From a virus: DNA of 64,000 nucleotides. The stretch is taken from the IMG/VR virus record IMGVR_UViG_3300008050_000030, one strand, 5' to 3'. The position numbers were made by a program, and so were the translations under genes. Positions 44,430 to 53,051 of this stretch are shown in pieces. The notes beneath the pieces were generated by a model. That model saw only the letters and a list, made by a program, of their open reading frames with translations. It was not told the origin of the DNA and did not search any database. Positions within the stretch are counted from its first letter, which is position 1, and every line of letters starts with the position of its first letter.

Positions 44430-44909
44430 ATGCCTCTATCCGCCTCCCAGATGAAGCTGCTTCGGAACCTCGAAGATCAGCCCTACGCCCAGCTGAGTCC
44501 CGACGACAAGCTGATGCTCCGCCGTTTGAAGGAGCGGGCGCAGGGGCTGTCGGCCGACATGACGAGGACGGGAGGCAAGTCGATCCTGGACATGATTCAG
44601 ATCGGCCAGGAGGAGGGTGCTGGTGCCGGAGCGCCCACGATGGCTCGTCGTCAGACGCGGCCGTCGCTGGCCCAGCCCTGTCGGAAGTGCCAGACCCTGA
44701 CCCGGGCGAAGGGCGCGGTGGGCAAGAACATCTATCGGTGCCCGAACGCGAAGTGCCGCTTCGTGTGGAGTGGTCCCACCTCGGTCCCCATCCAAGAGAT
44801 CCAGCCCGTGCCCGTTGTCCAGCCCCCCATCACGCCTCAGGAGGGTGGCCCGGAGTGGCTGGCTTCCGGGCAGAAGTCGCGGATCTACGCCAGCGGCAAG
44901 GAAGAATGA
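44430..44909 (+). CDS. zinc-ribbon protein (159 aa)
   Basis: CRKC...CPNAKC; high GC3. Confidence 0.65.
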   Translation: MPLSASQMKLLRNLEDQPYAQLSPDDKLMLRRLKERAQGLSADMTRTGGKSILDMIQIGQEEGAGAGAPTMARRQTRPSLAQPCRKCQTLTRAKGAVGKNIYRCPNAKCRFVWSGPTSVPIQEIQPVPVVQPPITPQEGGPEWLASGQKSRIYASGKEE

Positions 44910-44913
44910 CCCG

Positions 44914-45846
44914 ATGACCGATGTGCCCATCACGGACCAGGAAGTCCCGCAGTCCGAAATCGACCGCGCGAAGTCGTTGCTCGATCGTGCCCGCGGGGGG
45001 ACCGCGAACCGGGCGATCAGCCCGCCGCGAGAGAACACGCCCGCCTTCAGCTCCGTCATCCAGCAGGAAGGGCAGCCCGTGCCGCGCCCGGGGCTGCCCA
45101 CCATGCAGCCCGGTGAGCTGGCGCAGCGCCTCCAGACGGGTGAGGCCGTAGGGGGCGTTGGGGCTGCCTACGAGCAGAACCAGCCCTCCGCCCCGGCCCG
45201 CGGCCTGCGGAGGGAGACCGTGCAGGGGCTGAACGCCCTGGCGGAGGCTCAGGCAGCTCCCGCGCCGCCGCCCCAGGAAGAGATCGCGCCGACCGAGGAG
45301 GGCGCGGCCCCCGATGTCGAGGAGGACGGGCTCTCGGCCGAGGAGGTGGAGGCCACGCTCCGCTCCATCCAGGGCCGCACGGTCTTCTCCCCCATCCGGG
45401 ACCTCTTCGACAACGACCGCCGGGTGGCCCTGGAGAAGGACCTGCCCCCGCTGAGCATCAGCGACATCCTCATCAACCAGGACGCCCGCCAGGCCGTGCC
45501 CCTGACGAAGGGGCTGCACATCACCTACCGCTCCCTCAACGGGCACGAGACGGACTACATCGAGAAGTTCATCTGGGAGCGGTTCCAGGGGGACCTCACC
45601 CAGCAGATCTACGCCATGACGCGCAGCCTGGCCGCGCTGACCCTCTCCGTCGTCTCCGTCGGCAAGCAGAAGATGCCCGAGTGCCGGACGGAGGGCGGCT
45701 CGGTCGACGACAAGCTGTTCGAGACGAAGTGGCGGGCGCTCCTGCGCTGGCCGGGCTTCGTCCTCGAGGCCGCGGACATCAACCGGGTGTGGTTCGAGGA
45801 GCGCTGCGCGCAGCTCCTCGACGTAGGGGCGGTGGGAAATGGCTGA
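44914..45846 (+). CDS. hypothetical protein (310 aa) with slippery heptamer before its stop
   Basis: AAGGAAG SD; G_GGA_AAT at 45834-45840, two codons before TGA. Confidence 0.7.
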   Translation: MTDVPITDQEVPQSEIDRAKSLLDRARGGTANRAISPPRENTPAFSSVIQQEGQPVPRPGLPTMQPGELAQRLQTGEAVGGVGAAYEQNQPSAPARGLRRETVQGLNALAEAQAAPAPPPQEEIAPTEEGAAPDVEEDGLSAEEVEATLRSIQGRTVFSPIRDLFDNDRRVALEKDLPPLSISDILINQDARQAVPLTKGLHITYRSLNGHETDYIEKFIWERFQGDLTQQIYAMTRSLAALTLSVVSVGKQKMPECRTEGGSVDDKLFETKWRALLRWPGFVLEAADINRVWFEERCAQLLDVGAVGNG

Positions 45847-46349
45847 AGACCCCTGCCGGGTGGGCGCGGGCGAAGATCTGGTACGCCAAGCTGGATCGCT
45901 CCCCACGCCCGGGCTCCTGGCAGGAGGTCCTGGCCATCCTCGTAGTTCTTGGCGAGAGCGAGCTCGACGTGGCCAGGACGCGGGTCATGGTGCAGGCAGC
46001 GCGGCAGGCCAAGGACATCGCCGCCGAGTTCACGTCGTACGTGGACGCAGCCTTCCCCTACCGCCGCAAGGTGGAGGAGGAGGTCAAGAACCAGCAGCAG
46101 AAGGTGCTCACGCAGTGGACAGCCATGGGGAAGATCCCGATCATGCCTTCGGAGCGGGACGACCCGGAGAAGGGTCTCCGCGAGCGGCAGCGGGAGAAGG
46201 GGCGGAAGCTCCAGATGCCTCGGCCAGCGCCGAAGAACCTTCCCGGGGCGTGGACGCCGTCAAAGCGAACTCGATCTGCTTCCTCGACCGTGCCCGTCCC
46301 TGCGAGATCTCCTGTACGGCTGCACATCCCGTCGGGAGTAGCCGAGTGA
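45838..46349 (+). other. candidate -1 frameshift extension (about 167 codons)
   Basis: The -1 frame has high GC3 immediately after the slip site and no start codon before 45966. Confidence 0.4.
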
Positions 46350-46438
46350 CGTGCCTCCTCCTGCATCGGCCCGATACGGGGCCGCAGATCCTTCAACTGC
46401 CGGCACACCTGTCGGCTCCCGTCCCCAAGGTGACCCAA

Positions 46439-46776
46439 TGATTTCGTGCGTCGAAGCCGGCCAGACCGTGAACTTCCAGACCGGGGCGATGACCAACCGC
46501 TTGGTCCTCCGCAACAGCCGAGGCAACTCGGTGGAGCTCCACGTGGACGTGGGCGTCCTGCAGCAGGTCATGTCCCTCCTGGAGCAGGAGAAGGAAGCGC
46601 CCCCACAGGAGCCCGGCCTCTCGGACGAGGAGATCGCCATCATCCGGGCTCACCGGGCCCAGGCGCCTCCCCCGAACACCGAGGAGCTCGCTGACCGGCT
46701 GATGCGGGGCGAGGAGATCGGCGACGAGCTCTTCGAGGACGAAGAGCAGCCCCTCTCCACCCCCTTCCAGGGCTGA
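46439..46776 (+). CDS. hypothetical acidic protein
   Basis: AAGGTGACCCAATG; high GC3. Confidence 0.65.
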
Positions 46777-46777
46777 C

Positions 46778-47116
46778 ATGTACCTGGCCGACCCCAAGGA
46801 GAAGATGGTCTTCGCCGCCGCCGACTTCGGCGGACGGGCCCGTCTCGGCTTGTCCGGGGGCAAGCTCTTCTCGGTGGCGGCCAGCAGGCTCATCACGCTG
46901 GCGGAGGCCGGCTACAACCGGGTGAGTGTGCAGTGGCCGCGGGCCGGAGAGGTCGTGGACCTGGACGGCCCGTACGAGCCCCACCTGGTCTACGAGGAGG
47001 GCAAGCCGGTGGCGGTGAAGTACCTCCAGAACGGCAGCGGGGACCAGCGGCTCTGGCTCTGTGCGGGTCAGGGGTTTGCCGCGGTGTTCGCGGTGACGAG
47101 GACTCCCGATGTCTGA
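46778..47116 (+). CDS. hypothetical protein (112 aa)
   Basis: Start 2 nt after upstream stop. Confidence 0.65.
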   Translation: MYLADPKEKMVFAAADFGGRARLGLSGGKLFSVAASRLITLAEAGYNRVSVQWPRAGEVVDLDGPYEPHLVYEEGKPVAVKYLQNGSGDQRLWLCAGQGFAAVFAVTRTPDV

Positions 47117-47414
47117 CGCGAAGGTGATGGAGCGCCTCCTGATCGTCGAGCACAAGCTCGACGCCCTCATCGGCGCGGCGCGTGTCGGCGTCCCCCCGAT
47201 GGCGTCCGGGCTGATGTGTCCGGCGTGCGAGAAGGAGATCTCCTTCTCCGCGGACTTCATGTCCAAGATGATCCTCCGTACCTGCGGCTGCGGGCACGGG
47301 CAACGAGCGCCGATGATTGGATTCGGCGACCTGAACAGTGGAGCAAGGAACGATGGCAGGACAGCTCAAGACGTACGGCTCGGACCCGAACGCAGCGATC
47401 TCGAGGAGGGTTGA
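47109..47414 (+). CDS. Cys-rich small protein
   Basis: CPAC...CGCGHG; GAGGA SD; 3' part overlaps next gene. Confidence 0.55.
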   Translation: MSDAKVMERLLIVEHKLDALIGAARVGVPPMASGLMCPACEKEISFSADFMSKMILRTCGCGHGQRAPMIGFGDLNSGARNDGRTAQDVRLGPERSDLEEG

Positions 47415-47730
47415 CCGAGGCCGGGCAAAGAAGCCGGCCTTCATCGGCCTGACGGTCGGCAAGGTGGTCGCCGTCAAGGTGCACGACCCCAAGGCCCGGG
47501 CGGACCGCACGCGCCTCGCGCTCGTCTTCAACGAGCACACCGAGTCGCCGCAGGTCCTCCTCTTCCCGGAGAACACGGCCTTCGAGAGCCTGCGGGACGA
47601 CATCACCCGCGAGGTCGCCCTCAAGGTGCGCGAGTTCCCCGAGTTCCTGGCCCAGCAGCCGGTGGCCTCCCTCAGCGCGGAAGAAGTCGCCGAGACCGTG
47701 ACCGCCGCCGGGGAGGCCGCGGAGCTGTGA
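47353..47730 (+). CDS. hypothetical protein (125 aa)
   Basis: AAGGAACGATG. Confidence 0.6.
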   Translation: MAGQLKTYGSDPNAAISRRVDRGRAKKPAFIGLTVGKVVAVKVHDPKARADRTRLALVFNEHTESPQVLLFPENTAFESLRDDITREVALKVREFPEFLAQQPVASLSAEEVAETVTAAGEAAEL

Positions 47731-48113
47731 GAGCCGATCAAGTCAGCCCACAAGGGAACTGGGTTTTCCTGCGCCTCGACGCGCGTCGGGAGCAGGTGGG
47801 GCTCATCCACCTGCCCGGCGAGACGACGGGCGTGGAGAAGGTGGGCCACAACACGGCGCACGTCGTGGCGGTGGGGCCTGGCCGGGACGAGGAGCGCGGG
47901 GACAAGGGCAAGGTCTACTGCTTCCGCCCCCGTCAGCACCTGTCCCCCGGCGACCGGATCCTCTTCCGGGACTTCCACCGGGAGTTCCACCCCATCAACG
48001 TGGAGGACGAGGGCACCTACTTCCTCCTCCACTTCAACGACATCGAGGCCGCCGTGGAGGAGGGTGTCCTCATCGGCGCGTGGTCGGGGATTCAGGATGC
48101 CGAGGCGGGTTGA
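47727..48113 (+). CDS. GroES/Cpn10-like co-chaperonin
   Basis: WVFLRLD...HLPGETTGVEKVGHNTAHVVAVGPGRDEERGDKGKV matches the GroES fold, including the mobile loop and the VVAVGPGR roof region. Confidence 0.7.
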   Translation: MRADQVSPQGNWVFLRLDARREQVGLIHLPGETTGVEKVGHNTAHVVAVGPGRDEERGDKGKVYCFRPRQHLSPGDRILFRDFHREFHPINVEDEGTYFLLHFNDIEAAVEEGVLIGAWSGIQDAEAG

Positions 48114-48294
48114 TGCCCGGCTCCGCGGGGAGCAAGATCCCTACCGGGCTCGGGGCCGCAAGGACCCGCACTCCTTCCGCCCCTTCGGGGAACCGCCGCA
48201 GGAAGGAGAAGAGGAGGGCGAGGTCTTCCTCGCCGAGGCCACTCGAGTGCTCATGGGGGAGATGGCGGCTCTCCTGACGAAGGGAAGACGATGA
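48097..48294 (+). CDS. possible small basic/acidic protein
   Basis: Moderate GC3; overlaps GroES-like 3' end. Confidence 0.4.
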   Translation: MPRRVDARLRGEQDPYRARGRKDPHSFRPFGEPPQEGEEEGEVFLAEATRVLMGEMAALLTKGRR

Positions 48295-48530
48295 ACGACT
48301 ACCGCAACCTCGCGGCAGCTGTGAACGAGGCCGAGGGACGACTGAACGACAGGGACCTGCGCGGGAACACCGTGGAGCTGCCTCCTCTCCAGTACGAGCT
48401 CGCCAAGTCCGAGGGAGACATGCTCCTGGGCCTGCGGGTGAAGCGCGGAGAGGCCGCTCGGGTGGTGACGCACGAGCGGTTCGGTCCCCAGCACGAGTCG
48501 ATCACCCTGCCGGAGCCCGCCGCACGATGA
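48291..48530 (+). CDS. hypothetical protein (79 aa)
   Basis: ATGA overlap. Confidence 0.6.
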   Translation: MNDYRNLAAAVNEAEGRLNDRDLRGNTVELPPLQYELAKSEGDMLLGLRVKRGEAARVVTHERFGPQHESITLPEPAAR

Positions 48531-49468
48531 CGATCTACCTACAGCGCGGCGACAAGGGCGCCCGTGGCGACGGCGCGAAGGGCGACTGGATCGTCTCCTG
48601 GCAGGCTTTCCTCGCCGGCGAAGGCCACTACGAGGGGGACTACAGCCCGCATTTCGGGCCCAAGACCCAAGCGGCCACCGAGTCGTTTCAGTCGGCTCAC
48701 ACCTTGATGATGGATGGGATCGTCGGGGACGGGGTCACCGCCACTGCGCGAGGGAGGGGCCTCAACCCTCCGTGGTCGCCGAACAAGAACGACACGACGA
48801 TCGAGCAGCTCGACGATGAGGACGAGGGGTACATGGACCCCGACTGGCCTCAGCCGGCAGACCTGGACGGCGACGGCCGCGCGGACCTGGTCTACCTCAA
48901 GGAGGCCGAACGCCAGAAGCTCTGGGGCCCACTCAAGTTCAAGGTGGTGGACGGCAAGCCGAAGCTGACCAACGACTGGTACAGCAAGTACATCCGCCGC
49001 GTGTTCGTGCCGCAGCTCAAGGGCGTCGACTGCTACGGCAGTCCCAGCAGCGGGAACGTGCTCTTCCACAAGCTCGCGATCCCGCAGCTGCTCGGCGCCC
49101 TCCAGGAGTGCGAGGACGAGGGGCTCATCGGCGACATCGAGTCGTTCGGCGGGACCTACGTGATGCGCTTCATCCGCGGGTCGACGAAGACGCTCTCGAA
49201 CCACGCGTTCGGAGTCGCCCCCGACTTCAACATGAAGGAGAACGGGCTCGGCAAGCAGCCGGCGCTCGTCGGCGAGAAGGGCACCCTGCGCCGCATCGTC
49301 AAGATCTTCGAGAGGTGGGGCTTCTTCTGGGGCGGCTGGTACCGCAACCGCAAGGACGGCATGCACTTCGAGTGCGTGAAGCTCATCCCGACGAACGAAC
49401 TCTGCGACATGGTCGCGCAGCTCAGCACGGTCGACCACATCCTCCCCTGGCTGAAGGACGTGGCATGA
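48527..49468 (+). CDS. endolysin: peptidoglycan-binding domain + M15 peptidase (L-Ala-D-Glu peptidase-like)
   Basis: PG_binding_1-like N-terminus (FGPKTQAATESFQSAHTLMMDGIVG); M15 motifs SNHAFGVAPD and DGMHFE. Confidence 0.85.
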   Translation: MTIYLQRGDKGARGDGAKGDWIVSWQAFLAGEGHYEGDYSPHFGPKTQAATESFQSAHTLMMDGIVGDGVTATARGRGLNPPWSPNKNDTTIEQLDDEDEGYMDPDWPQPADLDGDGRADLVYLKEAERQKLWGPLKFKVVDGKPKLTNDWYSKYIRRVFVPQLKGVDCYGSPSSGNVLFHKLAIPQLLGALQECEDEGLIGDIESFGGTYVMRFIRGSTKTLSNHAFGVAPDFNMKENGLGKQPALVGEKGTLRRIVKIFERWGFFWGGWYRNRKDGMHFECVKLIPTNELCDMVAQLSTVDHILPWLKDVA

Positions 49469-49785
49469 AGTTCGACCCCGCCAACATCGAGCTGCCTGCT
49501 GGGCAGGTCGCTGCGCTCTGCGAGCCGATCAAGGACCCCTTCCGCCCGGGCGACCGGGTGCACCTCGAAGACCGCGACGGCGTCGACGACCAGGTGACCC
49601 TGCACCTGGACGACGTCATCGTCCTCAGGAACCCGGACGGCCGGCTCACCCTGTCGCGGCTCGGAGTCATCAACACCCTCCTCGACCACGCGGCGCCCGG
49701 CCTCCGCTTGGTTGCCCACGTACCGGGCCCCTACGATGATCCCTCCGAGGGGCCGTTCGGGCTCAGCCTCCAGGTGATTCCGTGA
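49465..49785 (+). CDS. hypothetical protein (106 aa)
   Basis: ATGA overlap. Confidence 0.6.
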   Translation: MKFDPANIELPAGQVAALCEPIKDPFRPGDRVHLEDRDGVDDQVTLHLDDVIVLRNPDGRLTLSRLGVINTLLDHAAPGLRLVAHVPGPYDDPSEGPFGLSLQVIP

Positions 49786-49982
49786 CGGAGCCTGGGAAGT
49801 TCGAGTACCACCTCTGTGGAGATCGTACGATGGATTCCTACGGCATTGTCATGCGCCAATGGCTGTGTGCCTCCAAGGCAGGGCAGACATCGGGATGGCG
49901 CCTCGGCGCAGATGTCGAGGACATCCCCATCACCTTCTGCCCCTTTTGCGGGGTGGAGCTACCAGAGGAGCCGAGGCTGTGA
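49782..49982 (+). CDS. Cys-containing small protein
   Basis: GTGA overlap; CPFCG. Confidence 0.55.
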   Translation: MTEPGKFEYHLCGDRTMDSYGIVMRQWLCASKAGQTSGWRLGADVEDIPITFCPFCGVELPEEPRL

Positions 49983-50521
49983 GCAAGGTCAATCCCAGCT
50001 ACGTCCCCCTCCTGCTCTGCATCGACCCGAACGAGGAGCCCTGGTCCGCCCGGGAGCTCCGTGTCCTTGCCGTCGGCATGAGCAAGTGGGAGTGGGCGGA
50101 CCCCGTCCGCAAGAAGCGACTCCCCTCCCTGGTGGAGTTCACCGGCGACGAGCACAGCTGCGACGTCATCGTCCGCTGGGAAGACGACATGGGCATGACC
50201 GACGTGGAGGTCGATGACGACACCGCGGGCAAGGTGACCCGTTCCGTGCCCGTCCTCGGCTCCGTCGACACCGACCTCACCGGCCGCGAGAAGGTCATCA
50301 TGCGGCTCTCCCGCAAGATCTTCACCGAGGTCGATGCCACGAACTGGAGCCGGGCCGCCCAGCACGAGATCGGCCACTGCCTCGGCCTTCGGCACAGCGA
50401 CGGCGGCATCATGCAGGGCATCGGCCTGAGCCCGTCGTTCATCACCCAGCGCAACCGCGAGGCCGCGGCCGAGTTCCGCAACCAGGGTGTCGTCGGCGTG
50501 GACAGCCTCGAAGGGGATTGA
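49979..50521 (+). CDS. metzincin-type zinc metallopeptidase
   Basis: HEIGHCLGLRH is the HExxHxxGxxH signature; GTGA overlap. Confidence 0.7.
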   Translation: MSKVNPSYVPLLLCIDPNEEPWSARELRVLAVGMSKWEWADPVRKKRLPSLVEFTGDEHSCDVIVRWEDDMGMTDVEVDDDTAGKVTRSVPVLGSVDTDLTGREKVIMRLSRKIFTEVDATNWSRAAQHEIGHCLGLRHSDGGIMQGIGLSPSFITQRNREAAAEFRNQGVVGVDSLEGD

Positions 50522-50522
50522 A

Positions 50523-50759
50523 GTGATTCGGACGAATATCGAGGTCCAAGGCCACCGCTCGGACAAGGTCTGTCCCTCTGGGCAGCCCGGTCACCAGCTC
50601 ACCATCGTGCGCCAAGCCCTCGTCTGCAGCGAGTGCGGTGTCGCCCCCATCACCCGGTACTACCTCGAGGTGGACCAGGGAGACTACGACCGGGTGATCA
50701 AGCGCCTGGAAGGTCCCGTGCCCGTCACCAACAACAACCCTCCCTGCGAGTTCACCTGA
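50523..50759 (+). CDS. Cys-containing small protein
   Basis: GTG after AAGGGGATTGAA. Confidence 0.55.
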   Translation: MIRTNIEVQGHRSDKVCPSGQPGHQLTIVRQALVCSECGVAPITRYYLEVDQGDYDRVIKRLEGPVPVTNNNPPCEFT

Positions 50760-50761
50760 TC

Positions 50762-51244
50762 ATGCGCCTCTTCTCCTCCCCCTTCGAGACCGTCCTCGTC
50801 GCCGTCAAGCCCCGCAAGCAGGGCCCCGACGACGATCGCACCCTCGTCGTCGACCTCGTCGTGGACATCCTGGTGCCGGACCTCCAGATGGCCTACCAGA
50901 TCGACGACTGCGCCGGCGACATCCTCTTCGGTCCCACCGCCCAGCTGGTGAAGACCGTGCAGGTGGCGACGCGGCGCGCGAAGTGCGGTTCGTACGACAT
51001 CTCCGTCGGCTTCTCGCCCATCGCCGACGAGCAGGACGACGCCGTCGACCTCTTCTTCGCGCAGGCGCAGGCCAAGATCACGCACCTGAAGCCGGACCCC
51101 GAGGAGACCTCGATGGTCCGCGCGGTCCTGACGGTGTCGCCCGACGACCACCGCGCCGTGCAGCTGATGATGGAGAAGCTCGAAGACTCCATCTGGTGCG
51201 TTGCGACCGAGGCCATCATGGAGCAGGAGGACCGAGCAGCATGA
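50762..51244 (+). CDS. hypothetical acidic protein (160 aa)
   Basis: High GC3. Confidence 0.65.
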   Translation: MRLFSSPFETVLVAVKPRKQGPDDDRTLVVDLVVDILVPDLQMAYQIDDCAGDILFGPTAQLVKTVQVATRRAKCGSYDISVGFSPIADEQDDAVDLFFAQAQAKITHLKPDPEETSMVRAVLTVSPDDHRAVQLMMEKLEDSIWCVATEAIMEQEDRAA

Positions 51245-51462
51245 CCCCCACCAGAACCATCGCCGAGTGCCAGGACCTCGCCGAGCTGTGGCTCGGGGGC
51301 GAGAAGGACGCCGTGATCGAGCAGCTGGGCGGGGAGCCGTCGGAGCGGTTCATCGCCGACTACCGGCCGGGCGGCCCCTACGGCCTGCCCGTCCGAGAGA
51401 GCCTGAAGCTCGTGGACACCGTGAAGACGGCCGGCAAGGTCAAGACCAAGAAGGGCGCCTGA
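51241..51462 (+). CDS. hypothetical protein (73 aa)
   Basis: ATGA overlap. Confidence 0.55.
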   Translation: MTPTRTIAECQDLAELWLGGEKDAVIEQLGGEPSERFIADYRPGGPYGLPVRESLKLVDTVKTAGKVKTKKGA

Positions 51463-51821
51463 TGCACTGCTTCTTCCTCAACCAGAAGGAGGCCAACGAC
51501 CGCCAAGTCGCGCACCTCATCTCGGAGGGCACCTCGCAGGAGGCCGCGCAGCTCCAGGTCAAGGGGAGCCCTCCGGCCCCCATCCTCGAGGTGCAGTGGC
51601 AGTGGTTCCCCAACTTCATCGCCGTCGACCAGCCGATGCAGCGCCGCCTCTACGCGGCCTGGAACAAGCGCTGGGCCGGGCAGGAGGTGGTGGAGGGCGA
51701 GCTCGCCTGCGCCGCCGAGATGCACGAGTGGATCCTCAACTGGGTCACGACGCAGTACCCCTTCGTCAACGGCCTGCGCGACTACCTGAAGGGGATCGAG
51801 CAGGTCTCGCAGGCGGCCTGA
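51462..51821 (+). CDS. hypothetical Trp-rich protein
   Basis: TGATG overlap. Confidence 0.6.
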   Translation: MHCFFLNQKEANDRQVAHLISEGTSQEAAQLQVKGSPPAPILEVQWQWFPNFIAVDQPMQRRLYAAWNKRWAGQEVVEGELACAAEMHEWILNWVTTQYPFVNGLRDYLKGIEQVSQAA

Positions 51822-51822
51822 C

Positions 51823-52323
51823 GTGGCGGGGTATTGGGCAACTCGGCAGGAGAGCCGGTACTACCGCGCCGTCCTCCGGCTGGCCAAGAAGTACGCGGCG
51901 TCGGCGCAGAGCATGCTCGATGTCGGCACCGGGCCATGTCCCTACCCCGAGTGGTTCACCTGGATCCCTCGCAAGGTTCTCGTGGACAAGCGAGAGGGGC
52001 CTGCGGCACCCGGGACTGAGCGCATCTGCGCCGACTTCATGACGCTCGATATGGACGAGGCCTTCGACTTGGTCACCTGCCTGCAGGTGCTGGAGCACCT
52101 GCCTGACCCGGAGAAGATGGCGGCCCGGCTGCTGAAGCAAGGCAAAGCGGTGATCGTGTCGGTGCCGTACATGTGGCCCAAGGAGGCCTGCAGGTTCCAT
52201 GTCCAGGACCCGGTCAGCGAGAAGAAGCTCCTCTCGTGGTTCGGGGTGCCGGCGACCGAGACCTTGAAGGTGACCGAGCCAGGCACCAACGTCACCCGGC
52301 TGATCGCGGTCTTCGTTCTGTGA
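51823..52323 (+). CDS. class I SAM-dependent methyltransferase
   Basis: Motif I MLDVGTGPCP; post-I acidic LDMDEAFDLVTCLQVLEHL. Confidence 0.7.
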   Translation: MAGYWATRQESRYYRAVLRLAKKYAASAQSMLDVGTGPCPYPEWFTWIPRKVLVDKREGPAAPGTERICADFMTLDMDEAFDLVTCLQVLEHLPDPEKMAARLLKQGKAVIVSVPYMWPKEACRFHVQDPVSEKKLLSWFGVPATETLKVTEPGTNVTRLIAVFVL

Positions 52324-53051
52324 TCCGTCACCGCCAGCCCTCCTTCTCCGTGGGCTTGGCCGTGCGGGGTCGCGAGCCGGAGCGCCTGGCCAGGTGCCTG
52401 GCCAGCCTGCAGGCGCAGGAGAAGCGCCCGGTGCAGGTGGCTGTCGTGGAGATGCCTCTCGGAGGGGTTGTTCGGCACCGCCGGACCTGCCAGGAGTATG
52501 GGGCCAGGCACTTGGTCGTGGACCAGGTCGAGGGCCTCTTCCCTCTGGCCAGGTTGGCCAACATCGCGGCCAGGCAGCTCGTGGGCACGGCGACCCACTT
52601 CGTCAAGACCGACGTGGACGCCGTCTTCCTGCCCTCCGTGCTCCAGAGGCTGTCGTGGCGTCTGGAGGAAGGCCCCACCGACCTACTCAGCCTCCGCCCC
52701 CGCAGGCTCCCTGCGCACTACCTGTACCCTCGCCCGGGCCCAGTCAGGTGGGCCCGGGACGGCGTGATGGAGCCCGGGGACGAGAAGATGTGGGGCCTGT
52801 GCATGGTCCACGACTTCGACTCTTTCGGGGAGCTTCGCGGATTCGATGAGTCATTCGTGGGCTGGGGAGGAGAGGATCGGAACTACGTGCACCGCGCACA
52901 GCAGATCGGGAGGTGCACGGAGATGTTGGAGTGGGGCTCCCTGCTGCTGCACCAGTGGCATACTGTGGAGGAGGGCTCCAGGGTGAACGAGACCAAGCAC
53001 AAGGAGTGGCGCAAGAGGAAGCAGCGCAATGGGCCGGGGTGGGGTCGATGA
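52320..53051 (+). CDS. family 2 glycosyltransferase
   Basis: FSVGLAV...LARCLASLQAQ N-terminus; FVGWGGEDRNYVHRAQQIG C-terminus. Confidence 0.7.
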   Translation: MIRHRQPSFSVGLAVRGREPERLARCLASLQAQEKRPVQVAVVEMPLGGVVRHRRTCQEYGARHLVVDQVEGLFPLARLANIAARQLVGTATHFVKTDVDAVFLPSVLQRLSWRLEEGPTDLLSLRPRRLPAHYLYPRPGPVRWARDGVMEPGDEKMWGLCMVHDFDSFGELRGFDESFVGWGGEDRNYVHRAQQIGRCTEMLEWGSLLLHQWHTVEEGSRVNETKHKEWRKRKQRNGPGWGR

